Source: Candidatus Aenigmatarchaeota archaeon (GTDB taxonomy: Archaea > Aenigmatarchaeota > Aenigmatarchaeia > CG10238-14 > SpSt-28). Taken from it: a stretch of 35,295 nt of DNA. Of this stretch, positions 1-9,576 are shown one piece after another. The first letter of the stretch is position 1. The number at the start of each line of letters is the position of its first letter. The stretch covers positions 1 through 35,295 of the forward strand of contig JAVVFY010000008.1 of the NCBI GenBank assembly GCA_032249395.1, in the 5' to 3' direction. The notes beneath the pieces are model-generated. The model saw only the letters and a program-made list of their open reading frames with translations, made no database searches and was not told the origin of the DNA. Both the position numbers and the translations under genes were made by a program.

Positions 1-338
1 ACTAAACCTTTCTCCAAAAATTTATCTCCAATCCTTCCTATAACTCCCAAATCAATACTCGGCTCAAAAGTAAAGATGATGTTGTTAGAATTTTTATCAA
101 TCAAATATTCTCCATCTGAAACCGACAAAGTTATTGTTCTTTTGCTTCCTTCAGCTTCTGTAGCAACTTCATTTATAGCAGAAGATAGCAATTCAAGATT
201 GACGGAAGCTTCGTTTATTACGTTGAATCCTCTATTTCTTTCAAGAGTAGGTTTGATTACTGTAAATGTCAGTGTTGTAATCATTATTGTTATGAAAATG
301 GTTAAAACAAAACCTACTAAAGGACTAACGGCTTTCAT
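1..338 (-). CDS. Class III signal peptide (archaeal pilin-like) protein, N-terminal part, runs off the left edge
   Basis: Manual translation from ATG at 338: MKAVSPLVGFVLTIFITIMITTLTFTVIKPTLERNRGFNVINEASVNLELLSSAINEVATEAEGSKRTITLSVSDGEY...; K-A|VSP prepilin-peptidase-type motif followed by a hydrophobic helix; frame open to the edge; absent from the ORF track. Confidence 0.75.
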   Translation of the reverse strand, partial: MKAVSPLVGFVLTIFITIMITTLTFTVIKPTLERNRGFNVINEASVNLELLSSAINEVATEAEGSKRTITLSVSDGEYLIDKNSNNIIFTFEPSIDLGVIGRIGDKFLEKGL

Positions 339-401
339 TTTTTAAATTGATTTTTTGTTAAAAATAGTTAAGGCTATTTAAGAAAGAAGGCAAAATAATG
401 A

Positions 402-2892
402 ATGAGTGAAGTAAAAAAACTTCTTTCTATTCCATTAGAAGAACTTTACAAAAAACTTGAAACGAGTGAAAACGGTTTAAGTGAAGAAGAAGCTAAGAGA
501 AGATTGGAAATTTACGGCTTTAATGAAGTGAAGAAAAAAAGAATTACTTTCTTTCAAATGCTTCTCTTACACATTTTTAACCCAATAATTCTTCTTTTGC
601 TTTTTGCTTCTATTTTGTCTTTCTTTCTTGGAGAGAAGATTGATGCGATGATAATTCTTACAATAATTGGAATAAGCTTAGCTTTAGACCTAATTCAAGA
701 ACACAAAGCTAGCAAAGCTGCAGAAATGTTAAAAGAAAGAGTAAGCGTTACCACCACAGTAATAAGGGAAGGGAAAAGAAGAGAAGTCAAAGTAAAAGAG
801 CTCGTTCCTGGTGATATAATTGTTCTTTCTGCCGGCGATATCATTCCTGCTGATTGTAGATTAATTTCTGCAAAAGATTTTTTCGTTGATGAATCTTCTT
901 TAACAGGAGAAAGTTATCCTGTAGAAAAAGATGCAAGCAAAAACAATTTTTTGATGATGGGAAGTAGCGTAATGAGCGGAGATGCAATAGCTGTTGTCAT
1001 AGCTACTGGAGCTAAAACAGAATACTGGGAAATTGTTAAATCCGTAGAAAAAACAACAGAGACGGAGTTTGAGAGAAGTTTAAGAAGATTTGGATATATG
1101 ATTTTGCAAGTTAGTTTTGTTTTAATAATCTTTGTTTTTGCTGTTAACGCCTTTTTCAAAAGAAGCATTATCGACTCTCTCCTATTCTCTATTGCATTGG
1201 CAGTTGGCCTAACACCCTCTCTCTTACCGTTAATCTTAACTTTGAACTTGTCGTCAGGAGCAATAAGAATGAGCAAGAAGGGAACCATTGTTAAAAAACT
1301 TTCTTCAATTCAAAATTTTGGTAGCATGGATGTTTTATGTGTTGATAAAACAGGAACTTTAACTCAAAACAAATACTCTAGTTAAATATGTCGATGTTAA
1401 CGGAAAGGAAGATGAAAAAGTTCTTCTCTATTCTTATTTGAATGCTAGCTATCAAACAGGAATGAAAAATCCATTAGATGAAGCAATTATCGAGTTCAGA
1501 AAGCTGGATATCTCAAGCTTCAAGAAAATTGATGAAATTCCATTTGATTACGTTAGAAGAAGAGTTTCTGTTGTGGTTGAGAATAAAGGCAAAAGAATTC
1601 TCATAACCAAAGGGGCATTCGAAAGCATAATTTCAATTTGTGAAAAAACAATTGTCGATGGTAATGAAATTGAAATGAGCGAAGAAGTAAGAAAGAAAAT
1701 TGAAAATACTTATAGAGAGATTTCATCGCAAGGTTTCAGAGTTTTGGGAGTTGCTATAAAAGAAGTTGAAACTAAAGATTTATACACTAAAGAAGATGAG
1801 AAAGAGATGATTTTCTTCGGCTTGATAGCGTTTTATGATCCACCAAAAGAAAGTGCTAAAGAAGCAATAAGGCTTGTTGAAGAAGCTGGGATAGAGATTA
1901 AAATTTTAACTGGAGACGATGAATTTGTAACTAGGAAAGTATGCGAAGTTTTGGGCTTCAAAATAAAAGGAAAGATTATTCATGGTGAAGATATTCCAAA
2001 GATGACAGACGAAGCATTAGAAAGAGTTGTAGAAAAAAGCAATGTATTTGTTAGATTGACCCCGACACAGAAAAATAGAATTGTTAATGCTCTGAGAAAA
2101 AGACATGTAGTAGGTTTTCTTGGAGATGGTGTAAATGACGCACCATCAATAAAGCAAGCTGATATAGGAATTTCTGTTGAGAATGCGGTTGATGTCGCTA
2201 AAGAAGCTGCAGACATTATTTTAACAACCAATGATCTGAAAGTTTTATACGATGGAGTTATTGAAGGAAGAAAAACAATAGAAAACACAGAGAAGTACAT
2301 AAAAATGGGAATTAGCTCAAATTTCGGAAATATGTTAAGTGTTTCTATTGGCTCTATTTTCTTACCATTTTTACCAATGTTGCCAACACAAATTCTTTTG
2401 AACAACCTTTTGTATGATGTATCTCAATTGTCTTTACCTTTGGATAACGTAGATAATGAAGTTGTTAGAAAACCAAAAAGACTTAACACAGACTTCTTGA
2501 AAAAGTTTATGGTAGTTTTTGGTTCAATAAGTTCAGTTTTCGATTTAGTAGTATTCATAACATTTTTGTTTGTTTTAAAAGCTTCTGAGCACACATTCCA
2601 AACAGCATGGTTTTTGGAATCTTTAGCAACTCAGACTTTAGTAATATTTTTGATAAGATCAAAAGTTGTTCCATTTTTCAAGAGCAAGCCAAGCAAAATA
2701 CTCGTTGCTAACGTTATTTCAGTAATCATTTTAGCTCTGTTTTTTGTCTATTCTCCTATAGGCACTTTGTTTAAATTTGAATCGCTTAATATATCAATGA
2801 TTCTAATAATATCTCTAATCGTAGCTTCTTATCTACTAACAGTTGAAATAACAAAAATGATTTTCTACAGGAAGATTAAAGATGAGAGTTAG
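402..2892 (+). pseudogene. mgtA: Mg2+-transporting P-type ATPase (MgtA/MgtB-like) split by a frameshift near 1374
   Basis: ORF 402-1385 has TGES and ends just after DKTGTLT. The +1 frame continues TLVKYVDVNGKEDEKVLLYSYLNASYQTG into ORF 1438-2892, which has KGA, DPPK, TGD, GDGVND, SNFGN and NNLLYD. May be a sequencing or assembly indel. Confidence 0.85.
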
Positions 2893-2901
2893 AAAAATTA
2901 T

Positions 2902-3297
2902 ATGAGTGGTCCAGGACTTGGTAAGCTTTTACTTGAAAATGCGAAAGTTTTCATAGACAATAAAGAAATTGAAGCAGATGTTTATATTCATATCAAAGGA
3001 TTTTCATTAGCTCGAGTAACCCATTTAGACATAGAAAGCGAAGAATTAAACAAAATTTTGAAGCCTAAAGAGGGTGGATTTTTCTCTATTCGTGGAATAG
3101 ATGGAGGAATAGAAATAAAGTTCGAGAAAAATAGAGTAAAAGTTTTACATGAATTTTTGAATGAAGTTTTGAAAGAAGGAGAAAAGACACGAACTTGGGT
3201 TGGGGGAAAAGAGGGAGGAATTTATATTGGGTTTAAAAAGGAACAAATAGTAAAGTTAGAAAAAATAGCAAGAGAAAAATTCAATTTCAAATTTTAA
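2902..3297 (+). CDS. Hypothetical protein
   Basis: 131-aa ORF with typical codon usage, 9 bp downstream of the ATPase; no motif recognised. Confidence 0.7.
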   Translation: MSGPGLGKLLLENAKVFIDNKEIEADVYIHIKGFSLARVTHLDIESEELNKILKPKEGGFFSIRGIDGGIEIKFEKNRVKVLHEFLNEVLKEGEKTRTWVGGKEGGIYIGFKKEQIVKLEKIAREKFNFKF

Positions 3298-3326
3298 AAT
3301 CTATAGAGATTCAAAGCCCTTCACTT

Positions 3327-3409
3327 CGCCCGGGGTGGGATTCGAACCCACACGGCCTTTCGGCCACAGCCTCTCCAGGGCTGCGCCATACCAATTAGGC
3401 GACCCGGGC
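3327..3409 (-). tRNA. tRNA-Ser (anticodon GGA), no intron, CCA not encoded
   Basis: Reverse complement GCCCGGGTCGCCTAATTGGTATGGCGCAGCCCTGGAGAGGCTGTGGCCGAAAGGCCGTGTGGGTTCGAATCCCACCCCGGGCG: acceptor stem GCCCGGG/CCCGGGC, anticodon arm CAGCC-CTGGAGA-GGCTG, long variable arm, GTTCGAAT T-loop, G discriminator. Confidence 0.97.
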
Positions 3410-3445
3410 TTGTTATATAATTAATTGGAAAGATAAAATTTGAAT

Positions 3446-3841
3446 ATGGGCGATAGGAAAATTCCTCCTAAGGAAATCGTTGCAAATGTAATAAAAAAGG
3501 TTTTGTCGTCGAGAAAAATTGTAGAGAGTCAGGAAGAACTTGCTTTACTTGTTGAAAGGGAACTTAAGAAGATTAATAAAGATTATGTTGTAAGACCCAC
3601 AAGAGTAAAAAGGATTGCTTTAGAAATTCAAGAAATAGAAGTTAAAGCTAAAACAAGAAAATCCGTTGGTCTTCAAAAAATTGATAAATGTCCGATTTGT
3701 GGTTCCGAAGTTAAAGAAATGAAAGTAAAGAATTTATTGGGAAAGGAAATTGTTGTCGGTTATAGATGTAGTAAATGCGGATATGAGAGCGACTTAGAAG
3801 CCTTTTTACCAATGAAATACATTTTCGTTTGGAAATATTAA
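3446..3841 (+). CDS. Zinc-ribbon-containing hypothetical protein
   Basis: CPICG...CSKCG; ATG at 3446 lies about 26 nt after TTATATAA (3413-3420), consistent with a leaderless start. Confidence 0.75.
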   Translation: MGDRKIPPKEIVANVIKKVLSSRKIVESQEELALLVERELKKINKDYVVRPTRVKRIALEIQEIEVKAKTRKSVGLQKIDKCPICGSEVKEMKVKNLLGKEIVVGYRCSKCGYESDLEAFLPMKYIFVWKY

Positions 3842-3870
3842 GTTTTAGTTTGGGAAGAAAAGAAAATTTA

Positions 3871-4932
3871 ATGGAAGATTTTTTTAAAGCTGTAGAAAGT
3901 TTGGTAAACGAAATTAAAGTAAGCGAGGAAAAAAGGAAAAAGCTTGCAGAAATAATAAGAAAATCAAAAATTTCTAGCAGCGAATTTTTAGAAGATTCTT
4001 TAATAAAAACTTTTGGAAAAATAGAAGGAAATTTCTCAGTTGCTGGTATAGATAGTGGCTTATTAAGAAAATCTTTGCACGGGATAGACCTAATTCTTAT
4101 AAAAGCAGTCGGGGTAATCTTTTATTTTGAAAACCATAAGTTAAAAAACGTAGAATACTATTCGCCATCAACATTTTTCGAGCCTATAATTTTCCAAGAT
4201 CCATTTTCTGAGATAGAGCTAGATATTGCTACAAACATTTTCAGGCAGACAAAAGAAGTTAAGATAGCTGAAAAGATTTCAAAAGAATTTAAGCCAGATT
4301 TTGTTTTTATGGATGGCTCCATTTTACCTCACTACATTCCAAACATAGACAAAGATTCTTTGTTATATCCTTACTATAAAAAAGCTATCGAAGCTTACAA
4401 AAATTTGTTTTCAAGCATTAAGGCTTCTAACTCGATTCTCGCAGGAATAATAGAAGATAGTAGAGCTTCTAGGTTCTGTAACTTAATTTTAGAAAATTTA
4501 AAGTTAGACAGAGAATTTTCTTTCATTCTAGAAAAATCAAAAGATACTAATTTGTTGGACTATGTGTTAAAAAAGGGAGAAAGAACCACTTCCTTTTACT
4601 ATGCTTCACCTTTAGGTTTTTTCAGCAATCAATTTTCAAAAGAGTTTAACCTAAGAGAGTTTGCATCCTTTTACATTAAACTTTCTGAATTCGATTCTCC
4701 TCTGAGAGTAGATTTTTTGAACGATAAAAAAGATGCAGCAGATAGGATATCTTCTATCCTCTCATGTCTGACAGTTAGCGAAGAATATTCTATGCCATCC
4801 GTGCTTATAGAAGCAGATATAAGAGCAAGACTTTCAGAAAAAAATCTAGAAATTTTTTATAGAGAATTAGCAGGTAAGCTGGGGTTTCTTTCTAGCGTAA
4901 GAAAGGAAAGAAGAGAGAGAAGATTGTTATAA
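3871..4932 (+). CDS. nurA: NurA-family nuclease
   Basis: AGIDSG, FMDGSI, GIIEDSR and YSMPSVLIEADIRARL motifs of the NurA/RNase H-like fold; ATG at 3871 preferred over the TTG at 3829. Confidence 0.85.
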   Translation: MEDFFKAVESLVNEIKVSEEKRKKLAEIIRKSKISSSEFLEDSLIKTFGKIEGNFSVAGIDSGLLRKSLHGIDLILIKAVGVIFYFENHKLKNVEYYSPSTFFEPIIFQDPFSEIELDIATNIFRQTKEVKIAEKISKEFKPDFVFMDGSILPHYIPNIDKDSLLYPYYKKAIEAYKNLFSSIKASNSILAGIIEDSRASRFCNLILENLKLDREFSFILEKSKDTNLLDYVLKKGERTTSFYYASPLGFFSNQFSKEFNLREFASFYIKLSEFDSPLRVDFLNDKKDAADRISSILSCLTVSEEYSMPSVLIEADIRARLSEKNLEIFYRELAGKLGFLSSVRKERRERRLL

Positions 4933-4961
4933 GTTTAAATTTTTTATTTAGATTTATTTTT

Positions 4962-5471
4962 ATGGAGATAAAAAGGTTTAACTTACTTCTATTCGATAAG
5001 ACAATTGGAATAAGAACTTTATCAAACTATTATTACTATTATGACGATGACGATGATGTAAGATTTCAATATTTTCCACCTTTTTATGATAATGGTAAAC
5101 TCAATCATTTTTATCCTACAGATGCTCTTCTAACTTTTTTAATGTGCGAATATGAATTAAAGAAGATTAAAATTTTAGGTAGAAAGTTTTATGCAGTCTT
5201 AACACGTGAGGGAGAAATTATTTATCAATATACAAGACCTGATAGCTTTTTTTTAAATTTTAGATTTGATGATGAAGATGAGTCATATTTTTATTTAATC
5301 GATGGTTTTTCAACTAGAGTTCTCTACAAAACTCATGGAATGAAAAAACCTAAGATTTTAGAGCTTTATGAAATAAATCCTATATTTATTAATAAGATGA
5401 AAGAATTGCTAAAAAAAGAAGAAATTATAAGAAGACCGTATAGAGAAGATTACATCATTATATATATATAG
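4962..5471 (+). CDS. Hypothetical protein, Tyr/Asp/Phe-rich
   Basis: 169-aa ORF containing YYYYYDDDDD; no family recognised. Confidence 0.6.
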   Translation: MEIKRFNLLLFDKTIGIRTLSNYYYYYDDDDDVRFQYFPPFYDNGKLNHFYPTDALLTFLMCEYELKKIKILGRKFYAVLTREGEIIYQYTRPDSFFLNFRFDDEDESYFYLIDGFSTRVLYKTHGMKKPKILELYEINPIFINKMKELLKKEEIIRRPYREDYIIIYI

Positions 5472-5641
5472 GTGTTTTAAATTTCATTTTAAACAAAGTT
5501 AACTCGTAAACCAAACACACGAATACTTATCTCTACAAAAATATTAATCAAATTGTTTGGAAAGGCTAAAAGTTTAATGATATTGAAAGCAAGAGGTTAT
5601 AGTTGCTATATCTTTTTAAATTCTCTTTTAATAGAATTTTA

Positions 5642-6163
5642 ATGGCTCTAAGACCTGGAAGAACAGTTAGAAGATTAGAAAGACCTTATACAAGAGTTAG
5701 TCAAAAGAACCCTCGTAAGAGTTATGTTGTCGGGGTACCAACGCCTAAAATTCACCAATTCCGAATGGGAAATCCGAACGTTGATGCAAACGTTACTCTT
5801 TATCTTGTTGCAAAAGAATTAGGACAAATAAGACACAATGCCCTAGAGTCAGCAAGAATAGTTACTCATCAATTTTTAGAAAAGAAAATAGGCTCTCAAA
5901 ACTATTACATGGTTATCTTGAAATATCCTCATCATGTCATAAGAGAAAAACCAATTGCTACTGGAGCAGGAGCCGACAGATATTCCCAAGGAATGAGATT
6001 AGCTTTTGGAAGGCCGGCTGGTGTAGCTTTGCAAATAAGAAAAGAGGGTTCTCCAATAGTAATGATTAAAACGAAAAAAGAGTATTTAGATGTTGCTAAG
6101 CAAGCTTTGAAAAAGTTTAGGTATAAGTTACCATTGAAATGTTCGATAGAAGTCGCTGAATAA
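5642..6163 (+). CDS. rpl10e: 50S ribosomal protein uL16 (L10e)
   Basis: MALRPGR...; QIRHNALESAR; GAGADRYSQGMRLAFGRP signature; start at ATG 5642. Confidence 0.97.
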   Translation: MALRPGRTVRRLERPYTRVSQKNPRKSYVVGVPTPKIHQFRMGNPNVDANVTLYLVAKELGQIRHNALESARIVTHQFLEKKIGSQNYYMVILKYPHHVIREKPIATGAGADRYSQGMRLAFGRPAGVALQIRKEGSPIVMIKTKKEYLDVAKQALKKFRYKLPLKCSIEVAE

Positions 6164-6168
6164 CTTTG

Positions 6169-7092
6169 TTATTTCAATCTTTTTAGAAGAGAGGAGTATA
6201 TCATAGGCAAAACAAGAGTAGCTTCAGCAAGAAGGTTAATTTGTTTTGCTTTTTCTTTAATTTTCCCCCAGGAAATAGCTTCTCTTGTTTGTGCTCCACT
6301 TAAGCTACCATCTAGTTCGGTTGCTGTAGTAATGTAAACAGCGTAATCTAATCCCTCTTTAAACTGGTTCCACCATATAACGTGGTGTTTGCTTATACCA
6401 CCACCAATTATTAAAGCGCCAGTTTTCTTAGCATTCCAAATAGTGTCGCTTAAGTATTGCTCGTCTTTCCAAACATTGACGTTAAAATCTTTATGGTCTT
6501 GCCAAAATTGCCATATTTGGTAGCCAACTGCACCATCTGTTATACCTGGAACAATAACTGGAATTTGATTTTTCCAACTCCAATAAAGTATTGAGTCTTC
6601 TTTCAGTCTTTTTCCAATTTCCCAGCAAAGTTCATAAGTTGCTAGGTCTTTCTTTTGAGAATATATTTCTTTTAGCCAAACTCTCATTTTTTCTTCGATT
6701 ACTTCTCCATACGACTCCTTTGGTATTAAAACATTGCCAAGCCTATGAATTCCAGCTTTATGAAGCTCTTTATCATCCATTAAAAATGAACCTTGGTAAT
6801 AATCTTTAAAACTTCTTGCAATATCATGATCCAAAGTTCCGCAAGTTGTGATAATGATATCAAACCACCTTCTCTTAACCATTTCCCTTATTATGCTTCT
6901 AACTCCAGTTGAGACTATGTTTGCTGGAAAGGAAAAGAACCTAACACATTTTTTGTCCTTGATCATTTTTTCTAGTATGTCTACAGTGACAGAAAGATGT
7001 GAAGCCTGAAATCCCCCTGAATTTCCCATCTTTCTTATAATTTCGTCTACGCTAGAATTTTCATCTATCTCCAAATCTTTAACTTTCTTCAT
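6169..7092 (-). CDS. dhs: Deoxyhypusine synthase
   Basis: GGFQA, NIVSTGVR, RLGNV, PGITDGAVG, GGGISKHH, DGSLSGA and EAISWGK (active-site Lys). Confidence 0.97.
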   Translation of the reverse strand: MKKVKDLEIDENSSVDEIIRKMGNSGGFQASHLSVTVDILEKMIKDKKCVRFFSFPANIVSTGVRSIIREMVKRRWFDIIITTCGTLDHDIARSFKDYYQGSFLMDDKELHKAGIHRLGNVLIPKESYGEVIEEKMRVWLKEIYSQKKDLATYELCWEIGKRLKEDSILYWSWKNQIPVIVPGITDGAVGYQIWQFWQDHKDFNVNVWKDEQYLSDTIWNAKKTGALIIGGGISKHHVIWWNQFKEGLDYAVYITTATELDGSLSGAQTREAISWGKIKEKAKQINLLAEATLVLPMIYSSLLKRLK

Positions 7093-7141
7093 TTACATAA
7101 CTTTTAAAATCTTTTTAAAATCTTTTTTCAAATAAAGTAGT

Positions 7142-7531
7142 ATGGCAATTTGGCATAGAGGCTTAGAAGGAAGAACACCAACTGGAGCTAGAATGAGGCC
7201 TGCAAGAAAGAAAAAGAAGAGAGAATTAGGATCGGAACCAACTCACACTAAAATTGGAGATGAAAAAAGAAAAGTTATAGATACTTTTGGTGGTAATGAA
7301 AAGGTTAGATTATATCAAGCAAGTTTTGCTAATGTTTTAGATCCAGATACAAAAAAAGCAACTAAGGTTAAAATTTTAGACGTAGTTGAAAACCCATCTA
7401 ACATAGATTTCGTTAGAAGAAAGATTATAACAAAAGGTGCTGTTATTAAGACTGAACTCGGATTAGCAAAAGTTACATCAAGGCCAAGCCAAGACGGAGT
7501 AGTAAACGCGGTTTTAATAAAAAGAGAATAA
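7142..7531 (+). CDS. rps8e: 30S ribosomal protein eS8
   Basis: [23 protein letters not shown] and [15 protein letters not shown]. Confidence 0.97.
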   Translation: MAIWHRGLEGRTPTGARMRPARKKKKRELGSEPTHTKIGDEKRKVIDTFGGNEKVRLYQASFANVLDPDTKKATKVKILDVVENPSNIDFVRRKIITKGAVIKTELGLAKVTSRPSQDGVVNAVLIKRE

Positions 7532-7584
7532 AGAAATAAGTAAAGTAGAGCAAATCATTTATATTTACATACAAATATTTTTAA

Positions 7585-8307
7585 ATGAAAAGAGTTCTAA
7601 CAAACATTCCTGGATTAGATGAAATATTGAACGGTGGAATTCCAGAGAGAAACGTAGTGTTGGTTAGCGGTGGTCCTGGTACGGGAAAAACAATACTTTC
7701 TCAGCAATTCCTTTGGAATGGTTTGCAGCAAGGAGAAGCAGGAATCTATGTAGCCTTGGAGGAGCATCCTGTTCAAATAAGGCAAAACATGTTACAGTTC
7801 GGATGGAATGTAAAACCGTTTGAAGAAAAAGGAATGTTTGCTCTAGTTGATGCTTTTACAGCTGGAATAGGAAGAGCGAAGGAATACGAAAAGTATGTAG
7901 TTGCCGATTTAAACGATTTAAGAGAGCTTATTGATGTTCTCTCTCAAGCTGTTAAAGATATTAACGCAAAAAGAGTTACCGTAGATTCTGTAACTAGTTT
8001 ATACATAAACAAGCCGGCATTGGCAAGAGGAATAATCCTTCAATTGAAAAGAGTTTTAGCTGGTTTAGGATGCACAACATTGTTTGTAAGTCAGATTAGC
8101 GTGGGTGAAAGGGGTTTTGGTGGTCCTGGAGTGGAGCATGGAGTTGATGGAATAATAAGATTAGATTTGGATGAAATCAATGGAGAACTGAAGAGAAGTT
8201 TAATAGTTTGGAAGATGAGAGGAACTAGCCATAGCATGAAAAGACACCCATTTGAAATAACTGATAAAGGAATTGTTGTTAAATCTAAGGAGGTATTGAA
8301 ACTATGA
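7585..8307 (+). CDS. Single-domain KaiC-like ATPase (PH0284-like archaeal family)
   Basis: [11 protein letters not shown], Walker [12 protein letters not shown], Walker [16 protein letters not shown] and KMRGTSH. Confidence 0.92.
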   Translation: MKRVLTNIPGLDEILNGGIPERNVVLVSGGPGTGKTILSQQFLWNGLQQGEAGIYVALEEHPVQIRQNMLQFGWNVKPFEEKGMFALVDAFTAGIGRAKEYEKYVVADLNDLRELIDVLSQAVKDINAKRVTVDSVTSLYINKPALARGIILQLKRVLAGLGCTTLFVSQISVGERGFGGPGVEHGVDGIIRLDLDEINGELKRSLIVWKMRGTSHSMKRHPFEITDKGIVVKSKEVLKL

Positions 8308-8786
8308 ACGAAAACCAAATACCTTTGAATCCAGTTGGAAGGCAAGACATTCACAAATTAGAAACTATTTTGTTAACAGCAACTTTGCTAAGACCGGAGG
8401 TTCTTGACATGATTAGAACTTCTGCAGAAAGGTTAACTTGGGTTGATAGTTTAGCTGTTGCCGCCGGAGCTCTAGCAAGAGAAAAGGCAGGAATGACATT
8501 ATCACAAATAGCAGAAGAACTTGGTAGGACGGAACAAACAGTAAAGAAACACTTGAAAGAAGAGAGTAAGGCGGGACAACTGGTTAAAGAAACTTATGAA
8601 ATGATAAAAACATTGGTTAAGGAAGGCAAGAGTTTAAATGACGTCTTCCCAGTGATTACGCTAGGGGATACTAAAGAATTAAAAGAAGAAGTTGAGAGAT
8701 TGAAAAAAGAGAAAGAAGAAATAAAACAACTTCTAACGAAAATAAAAGAAGAGTTAGAAACTATACTAAAAAAACTTTCCGGTTAG
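8304..8786 (+). CDS. KaiC-associated HTH regulatory protein with C-terminal coiled coil
   Basis: [22 protein letters not shown] followed by [26 protein letters not shown] overlap with the KaiC gene. Confidence 0.85.
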   Translation: MNENQIPLNPVGRQDIHKLETILLTATLLRPEVLDMIRTSAERLTWVDSLAVAAGALAREKAGMTLSQIAEELGRTEQTVKKHLKEESKAGQLVKETYEMIKTLVKEGKSLNDVFPVITLGDTKELKEEVERLKKEKEEIKQLLTKIKEELETILKKLSG

Positions 8787-9056
8787 AAACTTAAATTACA
8801 AAATAAAAATAGGAACTTTTGTAGTCATATTTAGGATTAATGTTTCTCCTTTTTCAGTCCTAAATACAAATTTATTCTCTTTTTGTTTAGATGTATGCAT
8901 TAAAACTTCGCGATACCAATTTTCAAGTTTTGTTTAATTCTTAGCTTGTTTTTGTTAACTTATCTAGGATAAAAAAGAAGTTTTATTCCAAGAAAAATTT
9001 TAACATTCCTTTTTTATTATACATTTTTTCAATTCTATCCGGTTTCTAACTTAAAT
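8778..9056. repeat. Imperfect 19-bp direct repeat TCCGGTTnnnAACTTAAAT (8778-8796 and 9038-9056)
   Basis: 16/19 identical; the central triplets AGA and TCT are reverse complements; copies are 260 bp apart. Confidence 0.7.
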
Positions 9057-9153
9057 CAATTCTTTAATCTTTAAAGAAATTAGAAAGAACATTTTAGAGG
9101 AGTTTTTGACAGATTATAGAAAACATTTGAAGATTTAAAAAAGTAAGAAGAAT

Positions 9154-9576
9154 ATGAATGGGGTATACGTTTTGGTAATAAAATTGAACTCGGATAAAAG
9201 CTTCATTGTCGGTTCGTTAGGAAAACTAGAATTTAGAAAAGGTTTTTATTGTTATGTCGGGTCTGCTATTGGGAATATAACAATAGAAAATAGATGTAAG
9301 AGACATTTGATGAAAAACAAAAAGATGAAGTGGCATATTGATTATTTGAGAAAAGAAGCAGAAATTGTTGGGATTGTTGCTATTCCTAGTAAAAAGAAAA
9401 TAGAATGTAAAGTTGCAAGGAAAATTTTAAAGAAAGCGGATAGCTTTATTCTCAAATTTGGTAGTAGCGATTGTAATTGTAATTCTCATCTGTTTTACTT
9501 TAAAAACAGAAAATCGCTTTCTAAACTTTCTCCTATTTTTTCAAAAGGAATTCAAATCTTTTCGAAAGCTTTATAA
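9154..9576 (+). CDS. GIY-YIG (Uri) superfamily nuclease, DUF123-like
   Basis: GVYVL...GFYCYVGSA, RCKRH, KWHIDYL and FGSSDCNCNSHL. Confidence 0.9.
   Translation: MNGVYVLVIKLNSDKSFIVGSLGKLEFRKGFYCYVGSAIGNITIENRCKRHLMKNKKMKWHIDYLRKEAEIVGIVAIPSKKKIECKVARKILKKADSFILKFGSSDCNCNSHLFYFKNRKSLSKLSPIFSKGIQIFSKAL

Noticed and set aside
76..345. Plus-strand 89-aa ORF
   Set aside because: Shadow of the minus-strand pilin-like gene
3327..3409. tRNA-Ser as an integration site
   Set aside because: No duplicated tRNA 3' end and no integrase seen in the window
9042..9088. Integron attC-like hairpin (TTTCTAAC...TTAGAAA)
   Set aside because: Too short, lacks a proper GTTRRRY end, and no integrase or cassette array
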